From NCBI GenBank assembly GCA_964621195.1, contig CAZULJ010000001.1, positions 33,200 to 97,199 of the forward strand: a stretch of DNA of 64,000 nt, written 5' to 3'. Each line of letters starts with the position of its first letter. Position 1 is the stretch's first letter. Made by a program: the position numbers and the translations under genes. Under the pieces are notes generated by a model. It ran no database searches, had not been told where the DNA came from, and saw only the letters and a program-made list of their open reading frames with translations. Below, one piece after another: positions 39,338-47,509 of this stretch. The DNA is from an uncultured Candidatus Saccharibacteria bacterium (GTDB taxonomy: Bacteria > Patescibacteriota > Dojkabacteria > SC72).

Positions 39338-39475
39338 ATGACTAAGAAGCAAAAACCAGTAACCAGACAAAGATGCGAGGTATACTCAAGAGTTGTCGGT
39401 TACATAAGACCTGTTACTCAATGGAATCCTGGGAAACAGTCAGAGTATAGCGATAGAGTAACATTCTCTGCCTAA
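39338..39475 (+). CDS. standalone NrdD C-terminal glycyl-radical domain ORF (45 aa)
   Basis: MTKKQKPVTRQRCEVYSRVVGYIRPVTQWNPGKQSEYSDRVTFSA carries the R-V-x-G-Y glycyl-radical motif and N-x-G-K-Q-x-E tail typical of NrdD C-termini. Same frame as nrdD, separated by TAA plus 6 codons; its stop overlaps the nrdG ATG (TAATG). Confidence 0.6.
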   Translation: MTKKQKPVTRQRCEVYSRVVGYIRPVTQWNPGKQSEYSDRVTFSA

Positions 39476-40170
39476 TGCTTATCTCTGGATTTCAAAAATC
39501 TACACTTTTAGACTACCCTGGTAAGGTTGCAGCTTTGATATTTACATATGGCTGCAACCTAAGATGTGGTTACTGCCATAATCCAGAGTTAGTAATATTA
39601 CCCTGTATTAAAGAGAATATCGTTCCTGATACGGAGGTCCTCGATTTTCTTAAAGAGAGAGCTCATTTAATAGATGCTTTAGTTATTACAGGTGGTGAGC
39701 CTACATTACAAAAGGACTTAATTCCTTTTATCAAAAAGGTAAAGTCTTTAGGTCTACTCGTTAAATTAGATACAAATGGTACAGATTCGAAGACAGTAAA
39801 AGAAATACTAGATCTAGATATTGTCGACTATTGGGCTATGGATATTAAATACGAAGAAGAGCTCTACCAACAGAATTTAGAACAGAATGTTGAATACAAA
39901 GATATTGTAGAAAGTATCGGACTAATTATGGAAAGAGGAAAAGAGTATGAATTCAGAACAACGTATGTAAAAGGTATACATACAGTAGAGTCTGCAGAAG
40001 GCATTGGGAAGTTAATAAAGGGTGCAAAGAATTATTATATCCAGAACTTTAGACCTGGTAAGACAATAAACCCATCATTAAACAATACGAACTCTTTCAC
40101 TCATAAAGAGCTCATGCGTATGAAGAGAATCATCTCCAAGTATGTAGAGAATGTAGAGATAAGGGAGTAG
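39475..40170 (+). CDS. nrdG: anaerobic ribonucleotide reductase activating protein (radical SAM)
   Basis: Radical SAM CNLRCGYCHN; 231 aa; immediately downstream of nrdD. Confidence 0.8.
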   Translation: MLISGFQKSTLLDYPGKVAALIFTYGCNLRCGYCHNPELVILPCIKENIVPDTEVLDFLKERAHLIDALVITGGEPTLQKDLIPFIKKVKSLGLLVKLDTNGTDSKTVKEILDLDIVDYWAMDIKYEEELYQQNLEQNVEYKDIVESIGLIMERGKEYEFRTTYVKGIHTVESAEGIGKLIKGAKNYYIQNFRPGKTINPSLNNTNSFTHKELMRMKRIISKYVENVEIRE

Positions 40171-40175
40171 ATATC

Positions 40176-40829
40176 CTATACATTAGGATTATCTAAAACC
40201 TTTATAACCTTTCCATTTATAATAGAATTACTGTTAATATCAAGATAAATTGGTTTGTGTATTGGATTACTTGATTGTGGGTATAGTATTACCATATCTT
40301 CCTCTCTTTTAATATTTTTAACTGTTGCTGACCCATCTACAATTGCCAACACAACATCTCCATCTTCTATTTCAGAATCTTTCTGTACAATTAGGTAGTG
40401 ACCTTCTTCAATATTCTTACCATCAATATCTCTTAAGTTCATTGAGTCACCTTTAACAATCAAGGAGAAAAGACCCTCTTTCTTACCTATCAAACTCCTA
40501 TCAAGTTGTAATACTCCCAGATTTTGCTCTTCTGCAATTACAAGAGGAGTACCAGCGTTTGCATATCCAAGGATAGGTATACCAACAAGGTACTCGTAAA
40601 TCATATCACTGTCGGATTCTTCAATGATTTGTATACCCCTTGGTTCGCTTGTTCTAATTATAAAGCCCTTCTTTTCTAAAGCCTCTAAATGGCTTACAAC
40701 GCCTCTTTTTGTGGTAATACTAAGCATTCCCTGTAATTCAGTAAGAGAGGGAGATTTTCCATTTTCTAGATAGAAGTCTCTTATAACCCTAAGTACTCGA
40801 TCCTGTTTTTCAGTTAATTTTCCATCCAT
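40176..40829 (-). CDS. lexA: LexA repressor
   Basis: N-terminal winged HTH; Ala-Gly cleavage site (YANAGTP); S24 peptidase Ser/Lys dyad (KGDSM ... K); 217 aa. Confidence 0.9.
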   Translation of the reverse strand: MDGKLTEKQDRVLRVIRDFYLENGKSPSLTELQGMLSITTKRGVVSHLEALEKKGFIIRTSEPRGIQIIEESDSDMIYEYLVGIPILGYANAGTPLVIAEEQNLGVLQLDRSLIGKKEGLFSLIVKGDSMNLRDIDGKNIEEGHYLIVQKDSEIEDGDVVLAIVDGSATVKNIKREEDMVILYPQSSNPIHKPIYLDINSNSIINGKVIKVLDNPNV

Positions 40830-40835
40830 ACAAAA

Positions 40836-40901
40836 GGTATACTCAACTTATTACCCTAGTATACCACCGATAGTATACCCTGCAACTACTTATAGTATAC
40901 C
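40836..40901. promoter_or_regulatory. candidate SOS operator cluster: GGTATACT (inverted copy) plus three direct TAGTATACC repeats upstream of lexA
   Basis: Read directly: GGTATACT at 40836-40843; TAGTATACC at 40857-40865, 40871-40879 and 40893-40901; all within the 134-nt divergent intergenic region between lexA and the 40964 ORF. Confidence 0.45.
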
Positions 40902-40963
40902 GTTGTTATTGTTTATATATAGATATATACTTTAGTTATATAAATTATGAGTATCTCAATACA

Positions 40964-41302
40964 ATGGCAGAGGAAAAAGAAGCCAAGAAGGTTTATACCT
41001 TAGAAGAGATTAAGTTCAACGAGAAGAACAAGACTATGGCTGTTCTTGCTTGTATTCCTATTGTAGGCCTAGTGCTTATGTTCATAGAAAAGGATGATCT
41101 TTTTGTAAGATATCATGCAACACAGTTTGCATTCTTTAACTTACTCTTTGCAGTTGCTTGGTTCCCTCTAATAGGGCAGTTAATTGCTCTTGCTGCATTT
41201 GTAGCCTTTATCCTAGGGTTGGTAAAGACATCAAAGGGAGAGAGATTTGATATGCCAGTACTTTCTGATCTTGCATTAAAAGTAATGAGTGCATTAGATT
41301 AG
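40964..41302 (+). CDS. small membrane protein divergent from lexA (candidate SOS-regulated protein)
   Basis: 112 aa; charged N-terminus then two hydrophobic helices; shares the lexA promoter region. Confidence 0.5.
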   Translation: MAEEKEAKKVYTLEEIKFNEKNKTMAVLACIPIVGLVLMFIEKDDLFVRYHATQFAFFNLLFAVAWFPLIGQLIALAAFVAFILGLVKTSKGERFDMPVLSDLALKVMSALD

Positions 41303-41327
41303 AAATCGTTATTAGCTTAAACAAAAA

Positions 41328-41355
41328 GGGAGAGTCACCTCTCCCTTTCTTTTTC
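41328..41355. terminator. bidirectional rho-independent terminator
   Basis: GGGAGAG-tcac-CTCTCCC perfect 7-bp stem flanked by A-run and TTTCTTTTT, between convergent genes. Confidence 0.7.
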
Positions 41356-41370
41356 GTCATATACTTATGC

Positions 41371-44300
41371 CTACTCTCGTATATCCTGTTGCCAGTTACC
41401 TCTACCATTTAGGATCCTTACAAAGTAAGACTGTAGTGTGTTGATTGGGAAGTCAAAACCATACTCAATATCTACTCCATTCTCATTGGTTATCTGTAAT
41501 CCATCATATCTTTGGACATCTGATTCCCATCTACTTACATTATCTGCAGTAAAGTCTACTGGTTCATATGAGTTAATACTTTGTATTAAACTCTTGGCTG
41601 TATACTGCTTTACATTTGTTCCATAGGTTCCAATCAGATTCCATCCTGGATACAATGTTATTGGAGCACTGTCTGCAGAGGTATCAAACAATACAGGATA
41701 TCCTGAGAGCGATATTGAACCACTACCTTTAGATTTTAGTATATATCCAACCCCAGGAACAAGCTGGAAGTCCTCTCCTTCAAATTCTCCACCGTTAGTA
41801 CCGACAATATCCCAAGTTCCATCATACTTTGCAAGGGAGAAGAACATATTATCAAGGGATTCATTCAGGTAAGATAGCAGACCATATGCTGTTCTCTGGT
41901 TGTAATCTGAAAGAAGGAATGGTACTGAAATAAAGTTATAACCAGCCGTAAAGTTATATGAAAAGTTTTGATGAACTTGAGAGACCTTAATTATAGAAGC
42001 TAAATCGGAGATCTTATTATCAATACCCTCATCATATTTATTATTAGAGTTTGTATCTATATATACTCTAACGGTACCATTTTGTAAATCTGCAGAGTCA
42101 ATATCAAGCAAGTAGGTAACTCCCTCTAGTTCGAATATATACCTTCCAGCATTTAGTATGTTAATAGATGATGATGTTTGATCTATTACATATTCTGTAT
42201 AGCTAGGTTCCTCTTCTTGTGCGAATACTTTCTTACCTAAAATCTTTTCGATTAAGAAAGAACCTGGAGCCGTCGGTGTAACCGTTGGGGTTATGACTGG
42301 TGTCTCCACTGGCTGAATTACTGGATCGTCGGCGCAGGATGCCTCATCTGCAATAGTTGTTGTGACGGATTCTCCATTGGAATTCTTTTTATGACAAAGA
42401 CAACTCACATATATGGTCTTGGCGATGTCACAAGTTTCAGGCGCAGTGATTTCAAGCACTGGATGCGCACCAACGTAACCATCGCCGCCTTCGTACGTTG
42501 AGCAATTTTCACTCTGGCTCACATTATCAGTCCTAGGAATGTATGAATAAACGCACTGGCATCCGTCTGGATCCTGACAGGATACCATTCTCGGAGCGTC
42601 AGTATCAAACGAAATCGTACAATGATACCCATCATCTGCTGAAGAGGTGCTACAACTAACTGGACCATCTGGTTCATTATCTGAGGAATCCCCTAAAGAT
42701 GAAGCAGAAGGACAGGGGGATCCACAACGTACACTTCTATCAAGAGCTTCATTATTGTATGTACAAGAGCACCCATCTGGATCTTCACATTCTCTAGGAG
42801 ATGTTGTACCTGCCATATTGTGTGCAGAAGCATACCCATTGTCTTCTATTTCACAGATATCAATATCTTCACCACTCCCTGTACCCTGAGTTTCAGCGGG
42901 ACAACTCTCATTACAACTTACTGAAGAGTTTCGACTTGTATCGCGATATTCACAATCACAGCCATCTGGATCCCAGCAAAGACGAGCCAATGTAAGGGAA
43001 GACATGTCGTATACCGTTGCAGTCTCATCCCCTTGCTGCTCACAAGGGAGGGTACGATCTCTATCATCTGTAGGATCAACACATAAGGGATCATCTGCAT
43101 ATGTAGCAGTATTCCATTGGCACGGCTCTCTATCATTAGGGGTAAAAATACTGCCATTTTGATTGGACTCACAGAGAGAGTTATTTATATTCCCCCAATA
43201 TCCTTCTTTAGAAACTCCACACTCCTTACATTGCCCACTGAAGAAAACTCTATCTCCCTTGGAACCACCACCTGCACAACCACAATTTGATGTGCATCCG
43301 ACCTCTTGAGCAGCTTCTGCTGCACTGGCATTCTCCTGCTTGTCACAACCCCTTGCTTCATATGTTGATTGTGGATCACATTCACAGTCGTTCCACTTAT
43401 TTTCTGCATAATAACCACAGCTACAATATCCTATCCACAGACAACTTCCAGCATTAACACTCTTTATGGTTCCCTCTGGTAAGATGTTCATAGTATCGAT
43501 TCTTATTAAACCATCTGGATTACTTGCATCTTGAACAATATCCCTGGCATTTAGAACAATCGTCTCTGCAGGAGAAATCTCGTTTATACTCACGGTCTTT
43601 TTCCAACTACCATGGGGACCTGCATTAACAATAATCTCCCCCAATATATTTGTTATCTCAGAATTTAACCTATCAAGGAATTTTTCTCCATTGGAATCAG
43701 TAGCTGAAGAAATATCTAAATACCAAGAACCCGTTCCACTTAACGATGATGAAAAAGTATTACTTCTTTCATTTGTATTTTCGTCTACAAGAGTAAAATA
43801 TATAATTCCATCAGTAAGAGGTTTCAAACTATCAACTGGGAGATCCTTACCCTCGGAATCTTTTACAAGACCATATACAGGGTGTGGTGTTTGAATACTA
43901 GATGGTAAAACCTCGGTATTAATATTGAAGTCATCAGAGAAAATCCCCATATTATAGAAGAAGAAACCATCGCCAATCATCACTCGGTATGAAGTACTCT
44001 CTTCCAAACCTACAACTTCTACATGATGAGTATAATATGAGCCTCTATCTTTAATGACCCTCTCAACAACAAAGTCTGTGATTTTAACCCCGAAACTATC
44101 CCTTTGATCTGCATTTTTACCAGTTTTATCTCTTGAAGATAGTTCCGCATTTCTTTCATCCCTCGTGTCATTATAAAGTTGATCAAATGGGAAAATGGCA
44201 ACAGGCAAAGAATTCTTTGTATCAATTACTGTTATGGCACCTTTCGTTGGAAATCTAGTACTCCAGCTTACAGTAAAGGAGCTAGAGGAAACATTTGTAA

Positions 44301-44430
44301 CCTCTATATCCTTAGGGATTGTTCTTACAAATCCAAATACTAGTAGAAGTAGAAATAGTACTAGGAGAACAATTGAAGAAATTTTAAGAATCTTCTTCAC
44401 CCTATACTTAGTAATGATACTCTTATCCAT
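41371..44430 (-). CDS. giant Cys-rich surface protein (1019 aa): N-terminal TM anchor, FN3-like domain, repeated C-x-DPDGC-x-C-x-Y modules, conserved C-terminal PGWNLIG domain
   Basis: N-terminal hydrophobic SSIVLLVLFLLLLVFGFV; FN3-like VTNVSSSSFTVSWS; three modules CWDPDGCDCEY..., CEDPDGCSCTY..., CQDPDGCQCVY... each followed by S-V-x-C...CP; more than 40 Cys; C-terminal region homologous to the 44631..46796 protein. Confidence 0.7.
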   Translation of the reverse strand: MDKSIITKYRVKKILKISSIVLLVLFLLLLVFGFVRTIPKDIEVTNVSSSSFTVSWSTRFPTKGAITVIDTKNSLPVAIFPFDQLYNDTRDERNAELSSRDKTGKNADQRDSFGVKITDFVVERVIKDRGSYYTHHVEVVGLEESTSYRVMIGDGFFFYNMGIFSDDFNINTEVLPSSIQTPHPVYGLVKDSEGKDLPVDSLKPLTDGIIYFTLVDENTNERSNTFSSSLSGTGSWYLDISSATDSNGEKFLDRLNSEITNILGEIIVNAGPHGSWKKTVSINEISPAETIVLNARDIVQDASNPDGLIRIDTMNILPEGTIKSVNAGSCLWIGYCSCGYYAENKWNDCECDPQSTYEARGCDKQENASAAEAAQEVGCTSNCGCAGGGSKGDRVFFSGQCKECGVSKEGYWGNINNSLCESNQNGSIFTPNDREPCQWNTATYADDPLCVDPTDDRDRTLPCEQQGDETATVYDMSSLTLARLCWDPDGCDCEYRDTSRNSSVSCNESCPAETQGTGSGEDIDICEIEDNGYASAHNMAGTTSPRECEDPDGCSCTYNNEALDRSVRCGSPCPSASSLGDSSDNEPDGPVSCSTSSADDGYHCTISFDTDAPRMVSCQDPDGCQCVYSYIPRTDNVSQSENCSTYEGGDGYVGAHPVLEITAPETCDIAKTIYVSCLCHKKNSNGESVTTTIADEASCADDPVIQPVETPVITPTVTPTAPGSFLIEKILGKKVFAQEEEPSYTEYVIDQTSSSINILNAGRYIFELEGVTYLLDIDSADLQNGTVRVYIDTNSNNKYDEGIDNKISDLASIIKVSQVHQNFSYNFTAGYNFISVPFLLSDYNQRTAYGLLSYLNESLDNMFFSLAKYDGTWDIVGTNGGEFEGEDFQLVPGVGYILKSKGSGSISLSGYPVLFDTSADSAPITLYPGWNLIGTYGTNVKQYTAKSLIQSINSYEPVDFTADNVSRWESDVQRYDGLQITNENGVDIEYGFDFPINTLQSYFVRILNGRGNWQQDIRE

Positions 44431-44549
44431 AGAGATAATATGTTTTTTGATGTTAAATCTTATACTTTAATATAGTACATATGGTGCCCTTACTTTGCAA
44501 TATCCTTTTTTAATTGAAATATCTATGATAAAATTCACCTGTTTAGCAT

Positions 44550-44626
44550 CGGGGAGTAGTTCAGTTGGCTAGAACGCTGCGTTTGGGACGCAGAGGCCGC
44601 AGGTTCAAGTCCTGTCTCCCCGACCA
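44550..44626 (+). tRNA. tRNA-Pro (anticodon TGG)
   Basis: Cloverleaf folds by hand: acceptor CGGGGAG/CTCCCCG, D-arm GTTC/GAAC, anticodon stem CTGCG/CGCAG with loop TTTGGGA, T-arm GCAGG-TTCAAGT-CCTGT, discriminator A, encoded CCA. Confidence 0.9.
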
Positions 44627-44630
44627 TACA

Positions 44631-46796
44631 CTACTTTCTCAAAAAGATTCCGCTATTACTCTCTAGTTTTACATCATCTCCAAATATTTGACCGTCTTCT
44701 TCTTCCCTTCTGTAGTTAAATCTGGCCAGTTCCTTAGACCAGACCCCTACGGTATCAATATCAATACTGTTTTTCTCCATTGCGGAGATAAGAGAGGATG
44801 CTTTGGAAGACTTGGTATAAAGAGAGCCTCCAACTAGGTTCCATCCGGGTTGTATCTCTAAATACTTAGCAGAGGAGTCTTTCCACCCATCTAGTTCTAA
44901 TACAAACTCCTCAGAAGAAACAATTAGATATCCTTTGTTTTGTTTTAGATAGAAGTCATTACCAGCGAATGGTAGCTCTTCAGACTTTTTTACAAGATCC
45001 TTCCATTCATATCCTTCAAAGTTACCAATCAGAAGTATATTACTGTTTGTTTTAATAACCTCAGAGGCATACATTTCTTTTGCTTGGTAAACAGGTGAGA
45101 AATCAAAACCTACAAAATTAATACCCTTCTCGATTGTAATCTTGTAAGTAGAAAGGTTGTTTCTAGCTTTACATTGAGACTCAGTAGTAACATCTACCAA
45201 GTAATCATCCGCAATAGATTTCGGTAACCACTGGTACGAACCATCTCTTAAGAAACATGCTCTGTTGTTGGCATACTCCTTACAAGCTTGAGAATTAGCA
45301 ACACTAGGTATCTGATTTTTACAAACACTCTTTGGGTACCACTTAATATCATTTTCTAACTGACAACAAACACCTGAATAGTCGACTTCACATGCTCCCG
45401 CAACCTTGTCTGGTATTTCTACTGAATATTCGAGCTTGCCACCATATACTGATCTTCCCACTTTCCATAAATCGTCACAGGTTTTACCTTCAACATTATT
45501 CTCATAGTCACCTCTAAGATCTTCTCTGTTATCTATCTTAAGAGCACAGCAAATTGACCCATCGGTATCTTCCCAACCTCCACCTCCATCATCATCTCCA
45601 CCACCGTCATCTTCACCTGAAGGTGGGTATCCATTTATCTTACTTGGTAAACTTCTTCCATTTGTAACCCAGCTATATACAGTCTCTATCTGCTTGTAGT
45701 AATCAATACCATCTTGTCTTTTTACAGGATCATCGGTATTACAATTTCCCCATTTATACATATTCCCCCACGCTTCCCAATAGTTTAATCCTGGACAGCT
45801 ATATTCAAATTTTAATCCTAAAAAATGTGTAATCTGTTTATCAAAGTTCTGAGGAGGAACAGAACCTAAACCGTGTATTCCAAAATCTTCAATAAGACCA
45901 TAAAGGCTCATATTCTGGGTGTAGTTGCTAGCACCAGATTCATTTAACCATATTGAAAGTGTAAATGCAGGATCAAAACCAGCCCTCTTAGACCTATATA
46001 CAACATCGTTGTAACACTCTGAGGCATAGTTCTTTCCTCTACCAGCTACCCATCTCGTAGCAAGGTCTGTATAGCCCTCTTTTGTTGATCCAGGAACACT
46101 TTGTGCACTTACACTCTCGTTGCAATTTATTTCAGATGCAAATATCGAAGAAATATATGATTGAGAAAGAATATTCCTCCTGTCTGTATAACCGATATTC
46201 TTTATCTCTGTCCCCTCATCTATATCAACTCCTTCAAATGAATATATGTCTACAGCAATTCCACCGAATCTATTTGCTGTATATGTCTTAATATCTGAAT
46301 ATTTCTCCTCAACAGGATCATATGCAACAAGGTATACCTCTTCGTTGGGAAGAGTTTGTATTTCTCTAACTTCTGGAATAGTGATTTCTTCCTTAGATTC
46401 CTTAGTTGTGAAAACAAATTCCTTAATCAAAAATTCCTGTATATCTTCAGAGTTGCTCTCGGATGGTAATACCCAATCTCTATTTCCATCTGAAATAACA
46501 AAGGTATATGTACTAGACTCTTTTAGTCCTTCTAATTTAACTTTGTGTATTTTTGAAATTTGATCTTGTCCAAAGAGTTTTTCATTTTCTCCAATTTTCA
46601 CATATGTGGGTAGTTCTGATGCGCTCTTCCAAGAAATGGTTACGGAATTGCTTTGTATATCAGAAAGTAAAACATCATAAGGGGAGTCCTTAACATAGGC
46701 CTGGTACTCTACAAGTTTGAAAATACCAAAGGAAACAGCTATGAGCCCAAAAACAGCTCCAACAAACAAAATGAGAAATTTCTTTGATACTTTCAT
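44631..46796 (-). CDS. Cys-rich surface protein (721 aa), paralog of 41371..44430
   Basis: N-terminal TM; FN3-like SNSVTISWKSASELPTYVKIGE; Gly/Asp-rich linker GEDDGGGDDDGGGGWEDTDGSICCAL; Cys-rich core; C-terminal YLEIQPGWNLVGGSLY aligns with ITLYPGWNLIGTYG of the neighbour. Confidence 0.7.
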   Translation of the reverse strand: MKVSKKFLILFVGAVFGLIAVSFGIFKLVEYQAYVKDSPYDVLLSDIQSNSVTISWKSASELPTYVKIGENEKLFGQDQISKIHKVKLEGLKESSTYTFVISDGNRDWVLPSESNSEDIQEFLIKEFVFTTKESKEEITIPEVREIQTLPNEEVYLVAYDPVEEKYSDIKTYTANRFGGIAVDIYSFEGVDIDEGTEIKNIGYTDRRNILSQSYISSIFASEINCNESVSAQSVPGSTKEGYTDLATRWVAGRGKNYASECYNDVVYRSKRAGFDPAFTLSIWLNESGASNYTQNMSLYGLIEDFGIHGLGSVPPQNFDKQITHFLGLKFEYSCPGLNYWEAWGNMYKWGNCNTDDPVKRQDGIDYYKQIETVYSWVTNGRSLPSKINGYPPSGEDDGGGDDDGGGGWEDTDGSICCALKIDNREDLRGDYENNVEGKTCDDLWKVGRSVYGGKLEYSVEIPDKVAGACEVDYSGVCCQLENDIKWYPKSVCKNQIPSVANSQACKEYANNRACFLRDGSYQWLPKSIADDYLVDVTTESQCKARNNLSTYKITIEKGINFVGFDFSPVYQAKEMYASEVIKTNSNILLIGNFEGYEWKDLVKKSEELPFAGNDFYLKQNKGYLIVSSEEFVLELDGWKDSSAKYLEIQPGWNLVGGSLYTKSSKASSLISAMEKNSIDIDTVGVWSKELARFNYRREEEDGQIFGDDVKLESNSGIFLRK

Positions 46797-47509
46797 TACC
46801 TTCTAGCTAATATTAAATATATAGTTGGTATATCTAAGATACGAATATCTTTTTTCATTCTCCAATCTTTTATACTCATTGTTTTAATACTCTCATTTGT
46901 ACCAGTTATATCTACAGCTAGTGTTAAGTCTGTATTTTGATTACATGATGCTAGAAGATCTTCAAAAAGCGACCTATTACGATATGGGGCTTCAATAAAT
47001 ATCTGAGTTTGATTCCTTCTTAAGGACTCCCTTTCTAGATTCTTTATCTTCTCCTTTCTCTTCTGAGGATCCCTAGGTAAATATCCTACAAAGGAAAAAG
47101 ATTGTCCATTCATTCCAGAAGCCATTAAGGAGAGGAGTATGGATGATGGGCCAACCATAGGTACTACAGTAATACCTAAGCGATGACACTCTCTTACAAC
47201 AAGGCTTCCAGGATCCGCTACTGCAGGTACACCTGCGTCACTCATTAAACCGACATCAAACCCAGCAATTAAAGGCTCTAAAAGAAATGGTAAGCCCTTA
47301 AGATTTGTATGCTCATCTAATATCCTCATATCTATATCTTGTATTACAAGATCAAGACCTTTTAAATATGATCTGGCAACTTTTGGTGTTTCAACTATTA
47401 AGTACTTCAACCCCTCTACTATCTTCAAATCAGATTGTTTAAGCTCATCCTTTAGTGGTCTCTTTGTTAAAGAGGTTGGTATTAAGTATAGTTTGCCACT
47501 CTTTTTCAT
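46796..47509 (-). CDS. rsmI: 16S rRNA (cytidine1402-2'-O)-methyltransferase
   Basis: Tetrapyrrole-methylase fold with LMSDAGVPAVADPG motif; 237 aa; overlaps the mutL stop. Confidence 0.8.
   Translation of the reverse strand: MKKSGKLYLIPTSLTKRPLKDELKQSDLKIVEGLKYLIVETPKVARSYLKGLDLVIQDIDMRILDEHTNLKGLPFLLEPLIAGFDVGLMSDAGVPAVADPGSLVVRECHRLGITVVPMVGPSSILLSLMASGMNGQSFSFVGYLPRDPQKRKEKIKNLERESLRRNQTQIFIEAPYRNRSLFEDLLASCNQNTDLTLAVDITGTNESIKTMSIKDWRMKKDIRILDIPTIYLILARR

Noticed and set aside
39113-39370. 85-aa minus-strand ORF spanning the nrdD stop region
   Set aside because: Antisense to the nrdD 3' end and the glycyl-radical ORF; no motif; almost certainly spurious.
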